Shown: positions 1 through 12,077 of the stretch, one piece after another
Position numbering within the stretch: position 1 is the stretch's first letter
Layout of the letters: every line of letters begins with the position of its first letter
Made by a program: the position numbers and the translations under genes
The notes under the pieces: model-generated
Database searches by the model: none
Told to the model about the DNA's origin: nothing
The model's input: only the letters and a program-made list of their open reading frames with translations
DNA from: Bipalium vagum
Lineage: Eukaryota
Reading direction: 5' to 3'
Length of the DNA: 33,736 nucleotides
NCBI GenBank assembly: GCA_037834085.1
Contig: JBBMKC010223895.1
Span: forward strand, 1 to 33,736

Positions 1-499
1 TAATGTTAAATATTAATTTATTTAAACAAAAACTACTTAGTATTTAATATGTTAAAAGTAGTAAAGCTTCTTTTGGACGACTCTGTATATGAGTAGCAGA
101 CGGTAAGTTGGAACTTCTTTTAACTCCGGAATATTCAGAAGATATTTCAACAAACGATTATCATTTGCTGTGATGAATGCAACTGATCTTATCAGGTACC
201 ACATCTAATCTATGGATGCTTGATAAGATCATAAGATCTAATTATAAATTTCTTTTCGGTTTGAAATTATTAAGAGAAATATTGATCACTTAGTTCGAAA
301 CTGCATTTTTTCGCTTAAATTAAATTTTGTACTTCATTTTGAAATTTTTCCAAAGTTTATTTTAATATTATAAAAATTCAGTTCACATTAGATATAAGAC
401 CCTTTTTAAAATATAAGACAATAATTTATATTTTCCTTATCAAAATATCACTTTTCAGGGAGTTGAAAAGCACACCGATTGATCCTATATCAGAGTCTT

Positions 500-715
500 T
501 ATATTTTCCCATCCAAATATTTTCAAATTAATTGTGTATGGAAACCAGTTTGAAGATCTACAAAGTTTTCTTAATGATTAACAGTTAATGTTTAATATCT
601 TTTTCGGGAAAAATATTCTGGTATGCTCGCCATCCATCAATCATAAATAAGGTATCATTTTAAAATGATGGAAAAGTGCATGTCGCGTACTAATTCAATC
701 TCGTTTATATCTCAA
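500..715 (-). mobile_element. Merlin (IS1595/ISXO2-like) transposase relic, 3' part
   Basis: Minus strand reads IDGWRAYQNIF...LTVNH*ENFVDLQTGFHTQ..ENIW, matching Merlin DGWRAY / TVNHS.NFVDP.TG.HTQ.IE..W. Contains stops and frameshifts. Confidence 0.8.
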
Positions 716-879
716 TATTTATTGGGTTTTAAACTAAGTTTTTGGAGTAAGACAAGAAATATGTAATATATTCTTTTTATATATTTGTAAGTAATATAAT
801 ATTATATATTTTAGTTTATCACGTGAATTTGTTATTTATATATCTCAATTTTCAATCCACATCGTAACATTCAATGGCT

Positions 880-1420
880 ATCTGCCTGACACCGCCCAAT
901 TCCAACTCCATGATCAGATTTTTGTCAGCGCATGGTGATGTTAATCATTTTTTGGAACTTTAAGGGACCTATTCACTGGGATTTGATCGAACAAGGATGT
1001 ACCGACAATGCTGAGGTCTATTGTGAACAATTAGACCATTGTAGTTTGACGCTAGGTCGTCGTTATCATCCTGTTATCTTATTGCATGACAAAGCAAAGC
1101 CTCAAACATCCGTTTGAACACAAACCAAGTTGCGTGAGATTGGATGGGAGTGGTTCGAGCATCCACCTTATTTTCCTGACTTCAGGAAAAACTTTCAATT
1201 GTTCAGATCATTGGAGCATCATTTGCGTAATTGAAGTTTTGTCGACACTCAAGAAGTTCTTACAACTTTGACAGAGTTCTTCAAATTAAAAGAAGTCATC
1301 TTTTTGAAAAATTTTTATTTCAGAAAAATGGCGGAAAGTCATTGATTTTGATGGTTATTTTGATATTTATTATCTTACTGAAAAAACTAAGTTTACAACC
1401 TAATAATTACCGCATCTTTT
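880..1420 (+). mobile_element. mariner (DD34D) transposase relic, C-terminal half
   Basis: VMLIIFWNFKGPIHWDL..., VILLHDKAKP, GWEWFEHPPYFPD, LFRSLEHHLR match mariner motifs. Disrupted. Confidence 0.88.
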
Positions 1421-1720
1421 GATATAGTATCTATCATTCCTACAACCCATTTCTCTGGATTCACCAGTCCTCTATTGTATTTTCGTTTATTTATCAATGT
1501 TTCGTCAGCCTGAACAATATGACTAGATCCACCTAAAGTAATATTTAGTCCATCCATATGCGTCATAATGGAAGTTCATATCTGTAAATTGAACATTTCA
1601 AATTTATATGAAGATTTACTACTTAAGCACACTTTATATGTATAAAAGTTTAGTGTCATATCTAACCGTAACCAAACATTCTAAACCAAATGACCGACTT
1701 GTGAATACTAAAGAAATTTC
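1420..1720 (-). mobile_element. Merlin (IS1595/ISXO2-like) transposase relic, 5' catalytic part
   Basis: Minus strand 1560-1420 reads LGGSSHIVQADETLINKRKYNRGLVNPEKWVVGMIDT, the Merlin GG...VQxDE...KRKYNRG...WVxG motif. The upper boundary is approximate. Confidence 0.85.
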
Positions 1721-3176
1721 ATAGACTTTAATTTTTTTATTTTTTAAGATTTTAATTTATCAGTAATTGTTTGATGTGACACATTCGATATAAAATTTGA
1801 AATATTTAAAAAAAAATATTAATACCAATAATCGTTTTTTTAATTTAATTTATGTAAACTGTGGTACCCATGCATTTTACAAAAATAATTAGGAGCAATT
1901 ATTTTCTTTTGAATGTATTTATGTTTTGCATTCAATCTCAAACTTTGTAAATAATACAACGGCTTTATTAATATTTACCATTTTCTATATTATAGAAAAA
2001 CATAATTTAGAATGCTTTGGTTCCCCTAGCAAACACAATTCATTAAATACCTTTCTGTGTATCCCACCTTTGTTCACGTAACGCTGACCAAAATCTGTTA
2101 CGATAAATTACTTTTTAATATAATTATAATCCTAAATTTCGTTATTCTTATTGAAAAAATATCAAAACTGTGAGAGAAACCAGACATTTTTTCTAAAAGT
2201 TGTCTTCGTTTTAAACAATAAATTATCATTATTGATTTATTTTACATTTTATATATTCAGAAAAAGATTTCTGTAGACATTTCGTAATGATTTCGGAGAG
2301 AAATAAAATTATATTCATGTCTAAAATAATAATAATATCTATAAAACAGCTATTACTATAGAGACGAACTAATTTGATTATTATATTAATAATATAATTA
2401 ATATATAATAATATCATTTTGGTCTGCAATAAGGAATATTAAGAAAAAGAAGAAAAACATTGTTGGTATAACAATATAACGAAAATAAAATTGTAGGTGA
2501 TGGACCAAGGTGTCAACAGGGCAGTAGTATTTTTTTTCTTTAAATAATTTTATTTTGTCATTAATTTTTTTTACTAAAGAGAAATAGGGTGGTTTTAAAA
2601 ATTTTATTTTATCTTCTTTCAATATTTATTTATTTATTCATTAACTAACGGTCTATCTGAAATTTTTATATCAATACTTTCTCATTAAATGTGGAAAAAA
2701 CTATTTTAGTAATCATTATATTTATTTTATATTATTAATAATTTATTTGTTCATACACAATATTCATTGTTGTGACATTCATATTTTAAATATAAATTTT
2801 ATAATTATTATTTATTTAATTTCATTAAAATAGTAAAATTATTTAACAAATTAAGGCATATAAGGTTTTGAATAAGTACGGTTATTTTTATAATATTTTA
2901 TGATAACATTGGTTTGATATAATAAGATCTATTGATATAATAAATCATTCATTAAGTAAAGGATATTTTGAAAAAACTTAAAAGTTAAAATGTAAGGGTA
3001 TAGAGATAAAAATAAAACGTAATAATCGAAAGTACCATTAAAACAAAAAGTCGATATATAACTTTAAAAAGTAAACTTAATTTTATCAGATTTCACAATT
3101 CATTATGAAAAGTAAACCGTTTTATTAAGCGTCCCTCCTCATTTCTAAATGGAAAGAGGAAGGGTGTAGTGAAAGT

Positions 3177-3275
3177 TTATTTTTGGTGTAATATTTGAAT
3201 CATTTCTGATTTTTCTGTGCAGTCATTGTTGGATTCGAAATCATCTTTGGCTTCGACATTGAAAAAGACGCACCA
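3177..3275 (-). CDS. PAP2/LPP phosphatase candidate terminal exon 7
   Basis: ctttag|WCVFFNVEAKDDFESNNDCTEKSEMIQILHQK*. Phase 0, with a charged cytosolic tail. It gives a ~301-aa protein, a typical LPP size. Other terminal exons are possible (see findings). Confidence 0.5.
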   Translation of the reverse strand, partial: WCVFFNVEAKDDFESNNDCTEKSEMIQILHQK

Positions 3276-5010
3276 CTAAAGACGAAATAAAACGTTAAGA
3301 CTAACTAAAAAGACCTGTAAATAATAAGAAAATTATAAAATATAAATAAAATAAATAACGACATCTTACAATACTTTTGGGAATATTGTGATATACATTG
3401 CTAAATACTCACCCATCACATTCTTCCAAAACCTTTTGAACATATAAATGAATGAAGGGAAATACCAGATAAATACAAAATTAGCAATTATAATTAATTT
3501 AATCCAGATGTACTATTTAATATATAATTAAGATTGTCTGTTTATAAACGGTTGTAGTATGTTGCTATCTCTTTCATAAACAAAATAAATGTAAATGAAA
3601 ACGGTTTAATCTAGACACTTCATGGTTTTGTGACATTCGGAAAGGGTCAACCGCTTCTATGTTCAATCTTGAAGATGACATCAAATATATTTCTTCCAGG
3701 AAAAGATCTATTATGCTTAGTTGAAAGGTATAAACGTCACATCTCTAATGTTCTACTATTCTCCAGAAACGAAATCTATTTCTGATCAAATATCTGTTAT
3801 AAATAATAACAAAAGGGAAAATCATACAACAGACTATTATGATCTGTAAAAATCTATATATTGATCATAAAAAATATGAAACAAAATTGAGAGACAATTG
3901 ATTTTCAAAGTTTAATAAATATACAATTAAAATAATGTTTTCTTCCTCTCCTTTTTCCTTTTTCTTTTTTTATCATTTATCTTTTTCATCCCAAGAATTT
4001 TAATTTAATTTAATTAAAACAAAAAATCAATTTTTAACAAATTCAATAATTAATTAATTAATATCTTTCTTAAGATTCAATTAGAATATTGATATATTTT
4101 TTCTTATGTTCATTTTTAAAAAATGAAAAAATGAATGATGTAAATATTATTTATCATTTTCTTGGAAAAATATAAATTATATACGATATACATTCACAAC
4201 AAAATTATTAGGCAACCATTTAAGTTCGGGCCGTTCTTAAATCCATAAAATTACCATAAAATTAACGAAATAAAAGATTATTTATTAGTGTTTTTATTGA
4301 ATTTAAAATCTTTAGAAGGAGAAAAATTTGTTACAATTAATTAAAAGTTGTTAAATTTATTATTAATTATATAAAATTTATTCAACTTATTCAAAAATGT
4401 GTTGTTTTTACAACTGGATAAACAAGCACTGTTAAGGTTCTCGAGAATTTTTTTAACATTTATTTTAAAATATTATGTGCAAAAAAAATAAAGAAGAATA
4501 AAAAAAAGTGCTTTTTAAGCCGACAGAATGCCGGAAACAGTATTCCTTTATGAACGAAAGTGTTAAGTATGTTGGATCTAATGTTACGTAGTACGTATTA
4601 ACAGTTTTCGCTAAACGATTTTGATTTTCGTTGGTTAGCCCATTGAATTGGTGAAAATTAATGGTGATTAGTGACATGAAATCCTTATTAAAGTAATACT
4701 AAAATAAAATAAAATAAACGAAACCTACTACGGAAGCACAATATTAACAAATCAAGAAGATGACACAAGTGAACCTTTAGAATAAAAAGAAGATTTATAC
4801 GAGTAATCCAAAGAATTCCACAAACCGAAGATATTTAAAATTCAAGTAAAAATAAATTATTCTACGAGACTCAGCTGGTATTTCAAAATAAGTCTTTCCT
4901 ACTTAATATGACGAATATGAATTAAAATTCAAATCCATCAAACATACCTTGTTAACATAAATAAAGTATAATAAATCTTTGGGTTGACATGAAAAAAATG
5001 TAAATGTTAC

Positions 5011-5190
5011 CACTAAAATAGCGTTGATAGTACCACTTGCAAATCCGACCAGTACATCCGACCAGTGATGCTTGTAGTCAGAAACTCGGGAAAGACCACA
5101 TAAAATTGCAAGAGTGATATACAAAATCTGAATAAAAGTCCGACAGATCAAAAACGCTTTGGGTACCATCCATCTTTTCATTAAATAAAT
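5011..5190 (-). CDS. PAP2/LPP phosphatase exon 6 (C3 motif)
   Basis: tttag|IYLMKRW...GLSRVSDYKHHWSDVLVGFASGTINAILV|gtaaca. SRxxxxxHxxxD motif present. 180 nt. Confidence 0.93.
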
Positions 5191-5382
5191 CTAAAACAAT
5201 TTAGAAAGGCTTAAAAATTCTTTTATAGTTCGGATAATTTTTCTGAGATATAACAATTGGAAAATAGTTTAAAAATTACCTTTTCATTGGCTTTGATATA
5301 ATTATTAGGTAAATCAAAAGTAACTTCTCTTCGTAACTGTTAAATTTAAGTGAAAAATATTGTAAATGTTATTATTGTTTTT

Positions 5383-5888
5383 GGATCTATTAAATATGAC
5401 GGCGGTGTACCGTAAGATTTAATTGATCATAATTTTCATATAATCATGTCGTCAGATTTAACAGATATATATTTATATTTTGAGATTAGGATTCTAAATT
5501 AAGAAGGCAGTTAAAATATCTTCACCGGTTTATATCAGATTAAGAAAATTTTTAATTGGCAAAATCAGCTGGATGAGACTAAACTAAATTATAATGTGAA
5601 ATCACATCGTGGACTGGTCCTATTTAGCCTATTCCAATAATCTAAAATATTGTGCGTCCAGAAAGTATTATCCATGCTGATGAAACCAAAGTATACGGAA
5701 ATATAACCAAAACCGGAATATAACCACAAAACAGTCTGTCATAAATATAACTTTGTGGATCGAGTAACAGGAGTAAGAATTTATGTTTAGATTTTTGAAT
5801 TGATTCGAGTGAATTTTTAATATAATATGTATTTAGTGTATTTATATTTTTGTATTTTTTTAAACATGCCGCCAGATTTAATAAATCC
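5383..5888 (+). mobile_element. Non-autonomous Merlin element (internally deleted) with TIRs and 8-bp TSD
   Basis: Left end GGATCTATTAAATATGACGGCGGTGT versus right end (rc) GGATTTATTAAATCTGGCGGCATGT. Flanks ttgttttt/ttgtttta match 7/8. Internal remnant VRPESIIHADE...YNHKTVCHKYNFVDRVTGV. Confidence 0.85.
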
Positions 5889-6340
5889 TTGTTTTAATAA
5901 TATAATTTAAGGGTATTTGTGAAATGAATAATGATAAGGTGAATAATATAATCTATCCATATTATTATTATTATTATCTTGGTATTATTTTATTGTCATC
6001 ATTTACATTAACTTGTATGATCGAATGATGAATTGTGCTTCCGTGGTGAATGGGGTATATATGACAGTATTTAATTCTTGATCAATTAAATTGCATTTGC
6101 AATTTATTATTGTGATTACCTTTATTAGTGTCAGTGTAGATTTGTGTCTGTGAACCTTTCTATAGTAAATAAAGTTTTATTGTGATTCTCTGTGAATTAT
6201 TTCGTGTATTAGGACGCAACAGATAACAGTAGTGAGGAGTTGGATTAGTTTTTCAAAAGGTTAAAATATTAACAATATTATTCTTAATTAAATAAAACAA
6301 TAAATTTAATTAAAAATAATTAACTTGCTAGAAAACTTAC

Positions 6341-6398
6341 AGTAAACGCTACTGCAAAATATGCTGACATCGAAGCATGGCCGGATGGAAATGACAGT
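6341..6398 (-). CDS. PAP2/LPP phosphatase exon 5 (C2 motif)
   Basis: cctag|(R)LSFPSGHASMSAYFAVAFT|gtaagt. PSGH motif present. The 58-nt exon completes the phase-2 Arg codon. It is not in the supplied ORF track. Confidence 0.93.
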
Positions 6399-8159
6399 CT
6401 AGGTTCATAAAACAGTGATTTAAAATATTTAATAAATTAATTCGAGAAGTATTTATTTACTACGGAAACACAAGCTCTGATATAAATGGAAATAAAACAT
6501 TTTTAAAATTAGAACATTTATTGAAAATAGCAAATATAGAATGTACTCAAAGGTGTCTAAGTTTTGAATCGGTTGGACGATTTTATACCAAATTATGGTG
6601 ACATTAATTTAATGATACATTACATACTAAGTTAAGTTAGAGTTACTTTTGATCAAAATATATCCTTATTTCATTATTCTTACCTATCATATTTAATATA
6701 GGATCACCATAAGGAAGTATTTCTTATGAGATTTTTGATAATATTTAAGTAATAACTCGAAGACTTAGGCTTTGCAATGCCTAATTATCTTTTGACATTG
6801 CTTAGAGTAACCCATGATATAAGAGGGTGCTTTATGGTTTCCTTTAGTTATAATGGACTACTCTTATCTACCAACACTTCATCCGTTGAAATCTGCTTAA
6901 CTGAACATCTTCTACATATTAAAAAGGGTTTCACAAGTTCTAATATCATTTTGTTGGATTACCCAAGAATTATTAAACCGCTAAATGGTTTAGAATAATA
7001 TAATAATAAATTAATTATAAAGACCACTAAAGAATCTGAGATAGAACAATAAAATAAGAATAAAATTATAATTAAAATTGCAAAAGTATAATAAAAAAAA
7101 TAATATTTTTATCTGGAATGATTTAACCTTGACAATGGTGAACTTTGAATTGCCAAATTTAGATCAGGGTCCGCAACCAGGACGATTTAGTACATAAAAG
7201 GGAATTGACATTCCCAATTAAGAATATTGGTCTACCAATGAGTAGTATTATGACCAGTATAGTATAAAAGGAGTTGGAATCCGCACTGGATTGCCACAAA
7301 AATCTTTGCAGAATTTGGTTGCTATCGAAGAGAACTGCGTCAGAAGTCAACTTTGTTTGGTAAAAAATTGCCCTCAATTATGCTACATAAGCTAACAATG
7401 GGTCCTGTGCTTCTTCTTTCATTTTTAAAAATATTTATATTATTTTATTATATTATTTTTTGTTTTCTTTCTTATTCATGTTTGATTTTATAATATCGAG
7501 AAACCTGATGTTATGCAAGACACGAATCATTTGTACAAAAAATATTTGATTAATGCATAAATTCCCGTACAAAAATCGCATTTTTTAAATTGTTATGATT
7601 TATGATTATAATCAAAATTTTTATATATGCTCTGGTTTAAATAATGCTAATTTAACAATTTAAATATATCAATAATAATTATTAATTTTACCAATTATGC
7701 ATTTAAATAATAATTTTTTAAAAAATTTCAATCAAAACGAATGAATAAAATAAATATTAACTAATATACGCCATTATTGGAAGAAAGAACAGATAAACAG
7801 AGATACCACATCAGATATTTGTGCGATCGAAGGTCTTGGTACAGTAAGCAAGTGTTCTCTGTATATATCATATCCCTTTATTGTGGTTTGCGTTTGGTGT
7901 TTTTCCTGTCCTCCATTGGCAAGTATCGACTGCAATGGGGGACAGAAATCAATTTATTCTCGATGGTGCACAGAGTGATTTGTTCCGACCCCTAACGTGC
8001 ATTAAATGTTATATCTAGTGTCGTTTGGGAGTCCAGGATCCGTCACACTACCATCATATAGAGACTATGTGAATATAACATTTACTCATTGTACATAATT
8101 GTCTCTACTGCTGTACTTGATACAGATGTATATGTATATGATAAATAAAATTTGATTTA

Positions 8160-8560
8160 CTGCAACAGTGGGAAAATGATTCAAGTATTTCAACTAAGGT
8201 GATTTAAATTTTGAAAACCATTCTCGTTCAGGTCGGCGATCAAAATTGATAAACAAGGATTTATTGGCAACTTTGGTTATAGAAACTTTTTCTTCAAGTC
8301 GTGATTTAGGAAAAGAAAGAAAGAAATGAAATGAACGTTTCGAATTGTCCGCTGAAGTTGAGGAGGCTTGTAAACAGTTTTTTGTATCGTAAGAATCCGC
8401 TTGGTACTACAATCAGATCCAGATTCTCGTGGATCGGTAGAAGAAAATCATCGAGAATTGTGGTTTATATTTTGAAGAACGGATAAACTTGTTTTTGAAT
8501 AAATTTGTTTTAAAATTATTTTAGCAAATTTTGTCCGCAAATTTATACATCAACCTAATA
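8160..8560 (+). mobile_element. mariner relic (internally deleted) with right TIR
   Basis: C-terminal EVEEACKQFFVS*...WYYNQIQILVDR*KKIIENCGLYFEE, then a terminus ...CATCAACCTAATA typical of mariner TTAGGTTG-type TIR + TA. Confidence 0.75.
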
Positions 8561-8669
8561 TTAAGAGAACAAGTCTTGATGTTTTTCGAACAGAAGCATT
8601 TTACAAATTAACAAGAAACGACATCATTCTCAAATATGACTTGAAATTGATCATTTTAACATTACTAAC

Positions 8670-8893
8670 CGCATATCCTTCAACAGACGTTGATTCGTTT
8701 GAGCACAAAAGGAATCATTGATGGTAACATATTTGTAATTTGAGCAGTCTACCCTAGAGAAATTTAGCTGGCAGACATTTATGAAATGAGGTCTTGGTCG
8801 TCCTATCAAATATTTCGCTGTTGTGTTAAGCATGGTGTCATATGCTCCTCCAAAAAGAAATAAGCCCCAGTATATGTATATATTAATCAGGAC
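8670..8893 (-). CDS. PAP2/LPP phosphatase exon 4 (C1 motif)
   Basis: ttaag|VLINIYIYWGLFLFGGAYDTMLNTTAKYLIGRPRPHFINVC...LLKDM(R)|gttagt. KxxxxxxRP catalytic motif present. 224 nt, ends in phase 2. Confidence 0.93.
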
Positions 8894-9214
8894 CTTAAAA
8901 TAAACAATAAAAACATTTAGACCAATAAAAATAGTTTAGTAGTAATAGTATTATACCGACTTCCGGTGTTAGGTATAAGTTGTAAACATTTTAATTGGTG
9001 CCATTTTCAATCCAAATATATGTTATGAATATTATGAAAAATATATTAAAGAATATCATTCGAAAGAGAACTTTTTATTAATATTATTTTTTGAAAATGA
9101 ATAATATTTATGAATATAACCAATCATAGAGTGATTTTACTAAATTTCAAAAAATGTTTAGGTGAAGATATTTAAGGAAGTCAAAACTTAAACATTTTTA
9201 AGCTCCTGATCAGA

Positions 9215-9490
9215 AAATGTCAACCGGTTCGGAAAATCAATTAAATGATTATAGAAAACATATTTATGCACATCTCAGGCAAAAACTGATAAAGTCACTG
9301 TTTTTGAGCTCATCAATCCGATGATACATTGAAATATTTGGAAAGGTTGCTATTCAAGAACGTAGTGCTCATACCAAAGACATATTTTGTACCGTGTGAG
9401 ACGTGCAGATCAAACTTAAAAAATTCAACGAAACCTACGCTTCATTGGTTTCATCAATAAAGTCTGTGGTAGATGGTATGCTTTGACACG
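9215..9490 (+). mobile_element. mariner N-terminal fragment
   Basis: IFGKVAIQER and LRFIGFINK..GRW resemble the mariner HTH region and the segment before WVPHEL. Very decayed. Confidence 0.4.
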
Positions 9491-9869
9491 GTTATGAACG
9501 ATATGTTTTACAGCATATTAAACCATGTATGATTTTTGTGAAGATGTGAGGGCTGAAAATTATTTTGAAAATCTAAATATCAGAAAACCAAAAATTTTAC
9601 AAAAATTGGTCTCGATTTACAAAAATTTTGGAAAAATGTGAGAAAATAATAAAAGATAATTCAAAATGAAATAATAACATGTTTACCCTTTAGTTGATTT
9701 TGAACTTCCTGACAAATGGTATTTTTATGAAAACTAAATTTTATCTCATAAATTTTACATCATGGATACGTGTGAAGATAGAAGGCACTAACACTCTTAG
9801 AAATATGAATGATACTAAAAAGATGAAACTTTATTTACAACAAAGGAACTGTATAGGTGAACAGGCAGA

Positions 9870-10690
9870 ATCATTTTTTCGATATAACCAAATGCTTCGA
9901 AGCACTTCATCCACTAATTTACTAAAGCAAATCAATTTACAGTACGTTGAACTATATGTATTGAAGCGTTATCATGTACAAAATAGAGCTCTTGATTCTT
10001 TGATTTTCATCATTACTTTCTCACAACATCAAGTTCATAGTAGTAGTTCAAGATGATCATTTTCGAAGTAAACTTGGTCTAGATCATACCTTTTGCATCC
10101 CAAAACACACTAAGCAAGACATTTTTGATGAGATGTCTTGGAAAGAAGAATTTAGTGGCTTTTTTCTGAAAACCCATTAACGACACTCATGTTTGCTGTA
10201 TGAAACATTAAGATTCAATGACCTTTTATCCTCCTTTTTAATATTCTTCAAAATATTCTGACCAAGACTATGAGATAGGATTAGATTTTCTTGACATGGT
10301 TGAATTCGCTTTTCTTGCATATATGTTGTCAAAATGTGAGACGAATCGACTGAATAACTTTCTGATTCTAATGTTCTCCAGAATGTTCTGCACAGTCTTC
10401 TTGTTTAAATTAACTCTAGAAGGTTAATTATTAACTGTTTGGGTAATTCCTCTCTCCTCTTTCACAATAATTTTTAATTTTTTAAACTTCTCCTAGAGAA
10501 TTTCGTATGGTTGTTCACTTCTTTCTTTATTTAACATAGTGTTCCAGTCAGAAGAAACTCTCTTATCATTTAAAAGTATATTAGTCTTCCATGGAGCTTC
10601 ATTTCCATATGCTTCATTTAACTGAAAAAATCGTCCTGCTTTTTCTAACTTCCAAGCAAAATGATGCTGGGAAATTCCATTTTTCATGGA
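9870..10690 (-). mobile_element. mariner relic, copy A of a family also at 17860-18810
   Basis: QLNEAYGNEAP, SVFWDAKGMI, HDNASIH and WMKCFE..YIEK* motifs. Direct nucleotide similarity to 17860-18810. Confidence 0.85.
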
Positions 10691-11808
10691 CTTCTCTTAA
10701 TTTTATTTCTGTATGAGATGTTATCTGATTGAAGTAAGTATGAGATATTTTCAAGTGAAAATTATGAAAATAATATTTTTCAAATAGTCAATCTACAAGT
10801 TGAGGACATTTTGCTAATTTTCAAAAATGTTATGTGCTCTAAGCTTAAAACGTTTCTAACATAATTTTTGGAAATCAAAGTTCTGCCCAAGCTCATTAAA
10901 AAGATTACTGTTTTACTTTATCTTTTTTTTCATTAAAAATTTTCAATATCAAATGTCCTTTCGTCAACCAAAATTGAATGAAAAATAACAAAACTTTTTT
11001 TCTCACAAAGAAATTTGTTTTCAAAACCATTTCTGTTGATGGAAAAAGGAAAAGGGGGTAAAGAACAAGTGGTATAAAATATTTATCTACATTTATGTGG
11101 TTAAAAAGAATTAAGTTTTGACGAGATCAATAAATAATCGAAAATAAGCTCGAGAATTCAAAACTGGAAGTTTGACCAGGCCTTAACATCATTATAAATA
11201 CTGTTCAAGAATTAATTAAATTAAAGGTTCATAATCTTTCAAGGAATCGTAACTTTGATCTGGTGTTTCGAGATATTTCTGATAGGGATTTTCATGAACT
11301 TAATTTTTTGATTAACGATTAACAAATTCTTCTTTGAATAAACGAAACATAAATAAATCTTCATTATATATTATTTTTTTAATAATATTTTATTTTCCTC
11401 TAAAGAATTTCTGTTTTGAATCGAAATTTGTTTATGGAACTCATTCTATAGGTGTAAAATTTCAAAAAAAATATGCAAAAACAACTGCACCATGATGTAC
11501 TTATGTTTTGATAATTTATTTCAATATATTTTTTACTATTTTTATTTAATTTTTATTACAAAATAAAATTTTAAAATTCCCACGAAGGCTGACCGTAAAG
11601 TGTATTTTTATAAGCAGTTGTAAATAATTTTATAAAACTAAATTTCGTAAACAATGAAAATTGGTTTTCAGACACTTAAACATATGGTCAAAATATGGCC
11701 ATTCGGTTTGGAATAACAATTATACTTCTGATAGTCGAAATCGACTTTGTTAAAAAATGTATTATCATTTTTTTTATACAATTTTAAATATCTATCAATA
11801 ATACTTAC

Positions 11809-11883
11809 CAGGGGAATTTTTTTAAATTTCTTCGATTTCACAAAAAAGCTTTCTTGGATCAGACATATCTCAGTTAAAACAAT
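11809..11883 (-). CDS. PAP2/LPP phosphatase exon 3
   Basis: ttcag|IVLTEICLIQESFFVKSKKFKKIPL|gtaagt. 75 nt, phase 0/0. It continues TM2 with the typical I.L.E and bridges exons 2 and 4. Confidence 0.8.
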
Positions 11884-12077
11884 CTGAATTTATAAATCCA
11901 TTCAAATAAATATTAATGAAAAAAGGCAATTCGATATACCAAGTACATAAAATAAAACATTTTAATATTTTCTGATTAAACAAAATCAAAATCGTTGTCG
12001 AAAATGTAATGATATGATTCTTTGTAATGAAGATTATCCAACGATAAAAATGTTCTCTTTTCCATTAATATCATATG

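Noticed and set aside
2229-2622. Hydrophobic, Ile/Phe-rich short ORFs
   Set aside because: Expected by chance in AT-rich DNA. The acceptor near 2423 could be yet another LPP end, but nothing supports it.
3276-3278. In-frame TAG suggesting stop-codon reassignment
   Set aside because: The other LPP exons and the ~1-kb GPCR exon contain no in-frame TAA/TAG; the TAG is explained as a splice acceptor.
3400-3495. EIPDKYKIS resembling the LINE RT 'IP..WK.S' motif
   Set aside because: Too short and degenerate to support.
4207-4745. TATTAGGCAACC mariner-TIR-like start
   Set aside because: No convincing matching right TIR or transposase remnant.
6777-8100. GC-richer blocks and short ORFs in an LPP intron
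   Set aside because: Probably old repeats, but I could not identify any family motif.
9694-10056. 120-aa plus-strand ORF
   Set aside because: TTG start, largely antisense to mariner copy A, and no recognisable domain.
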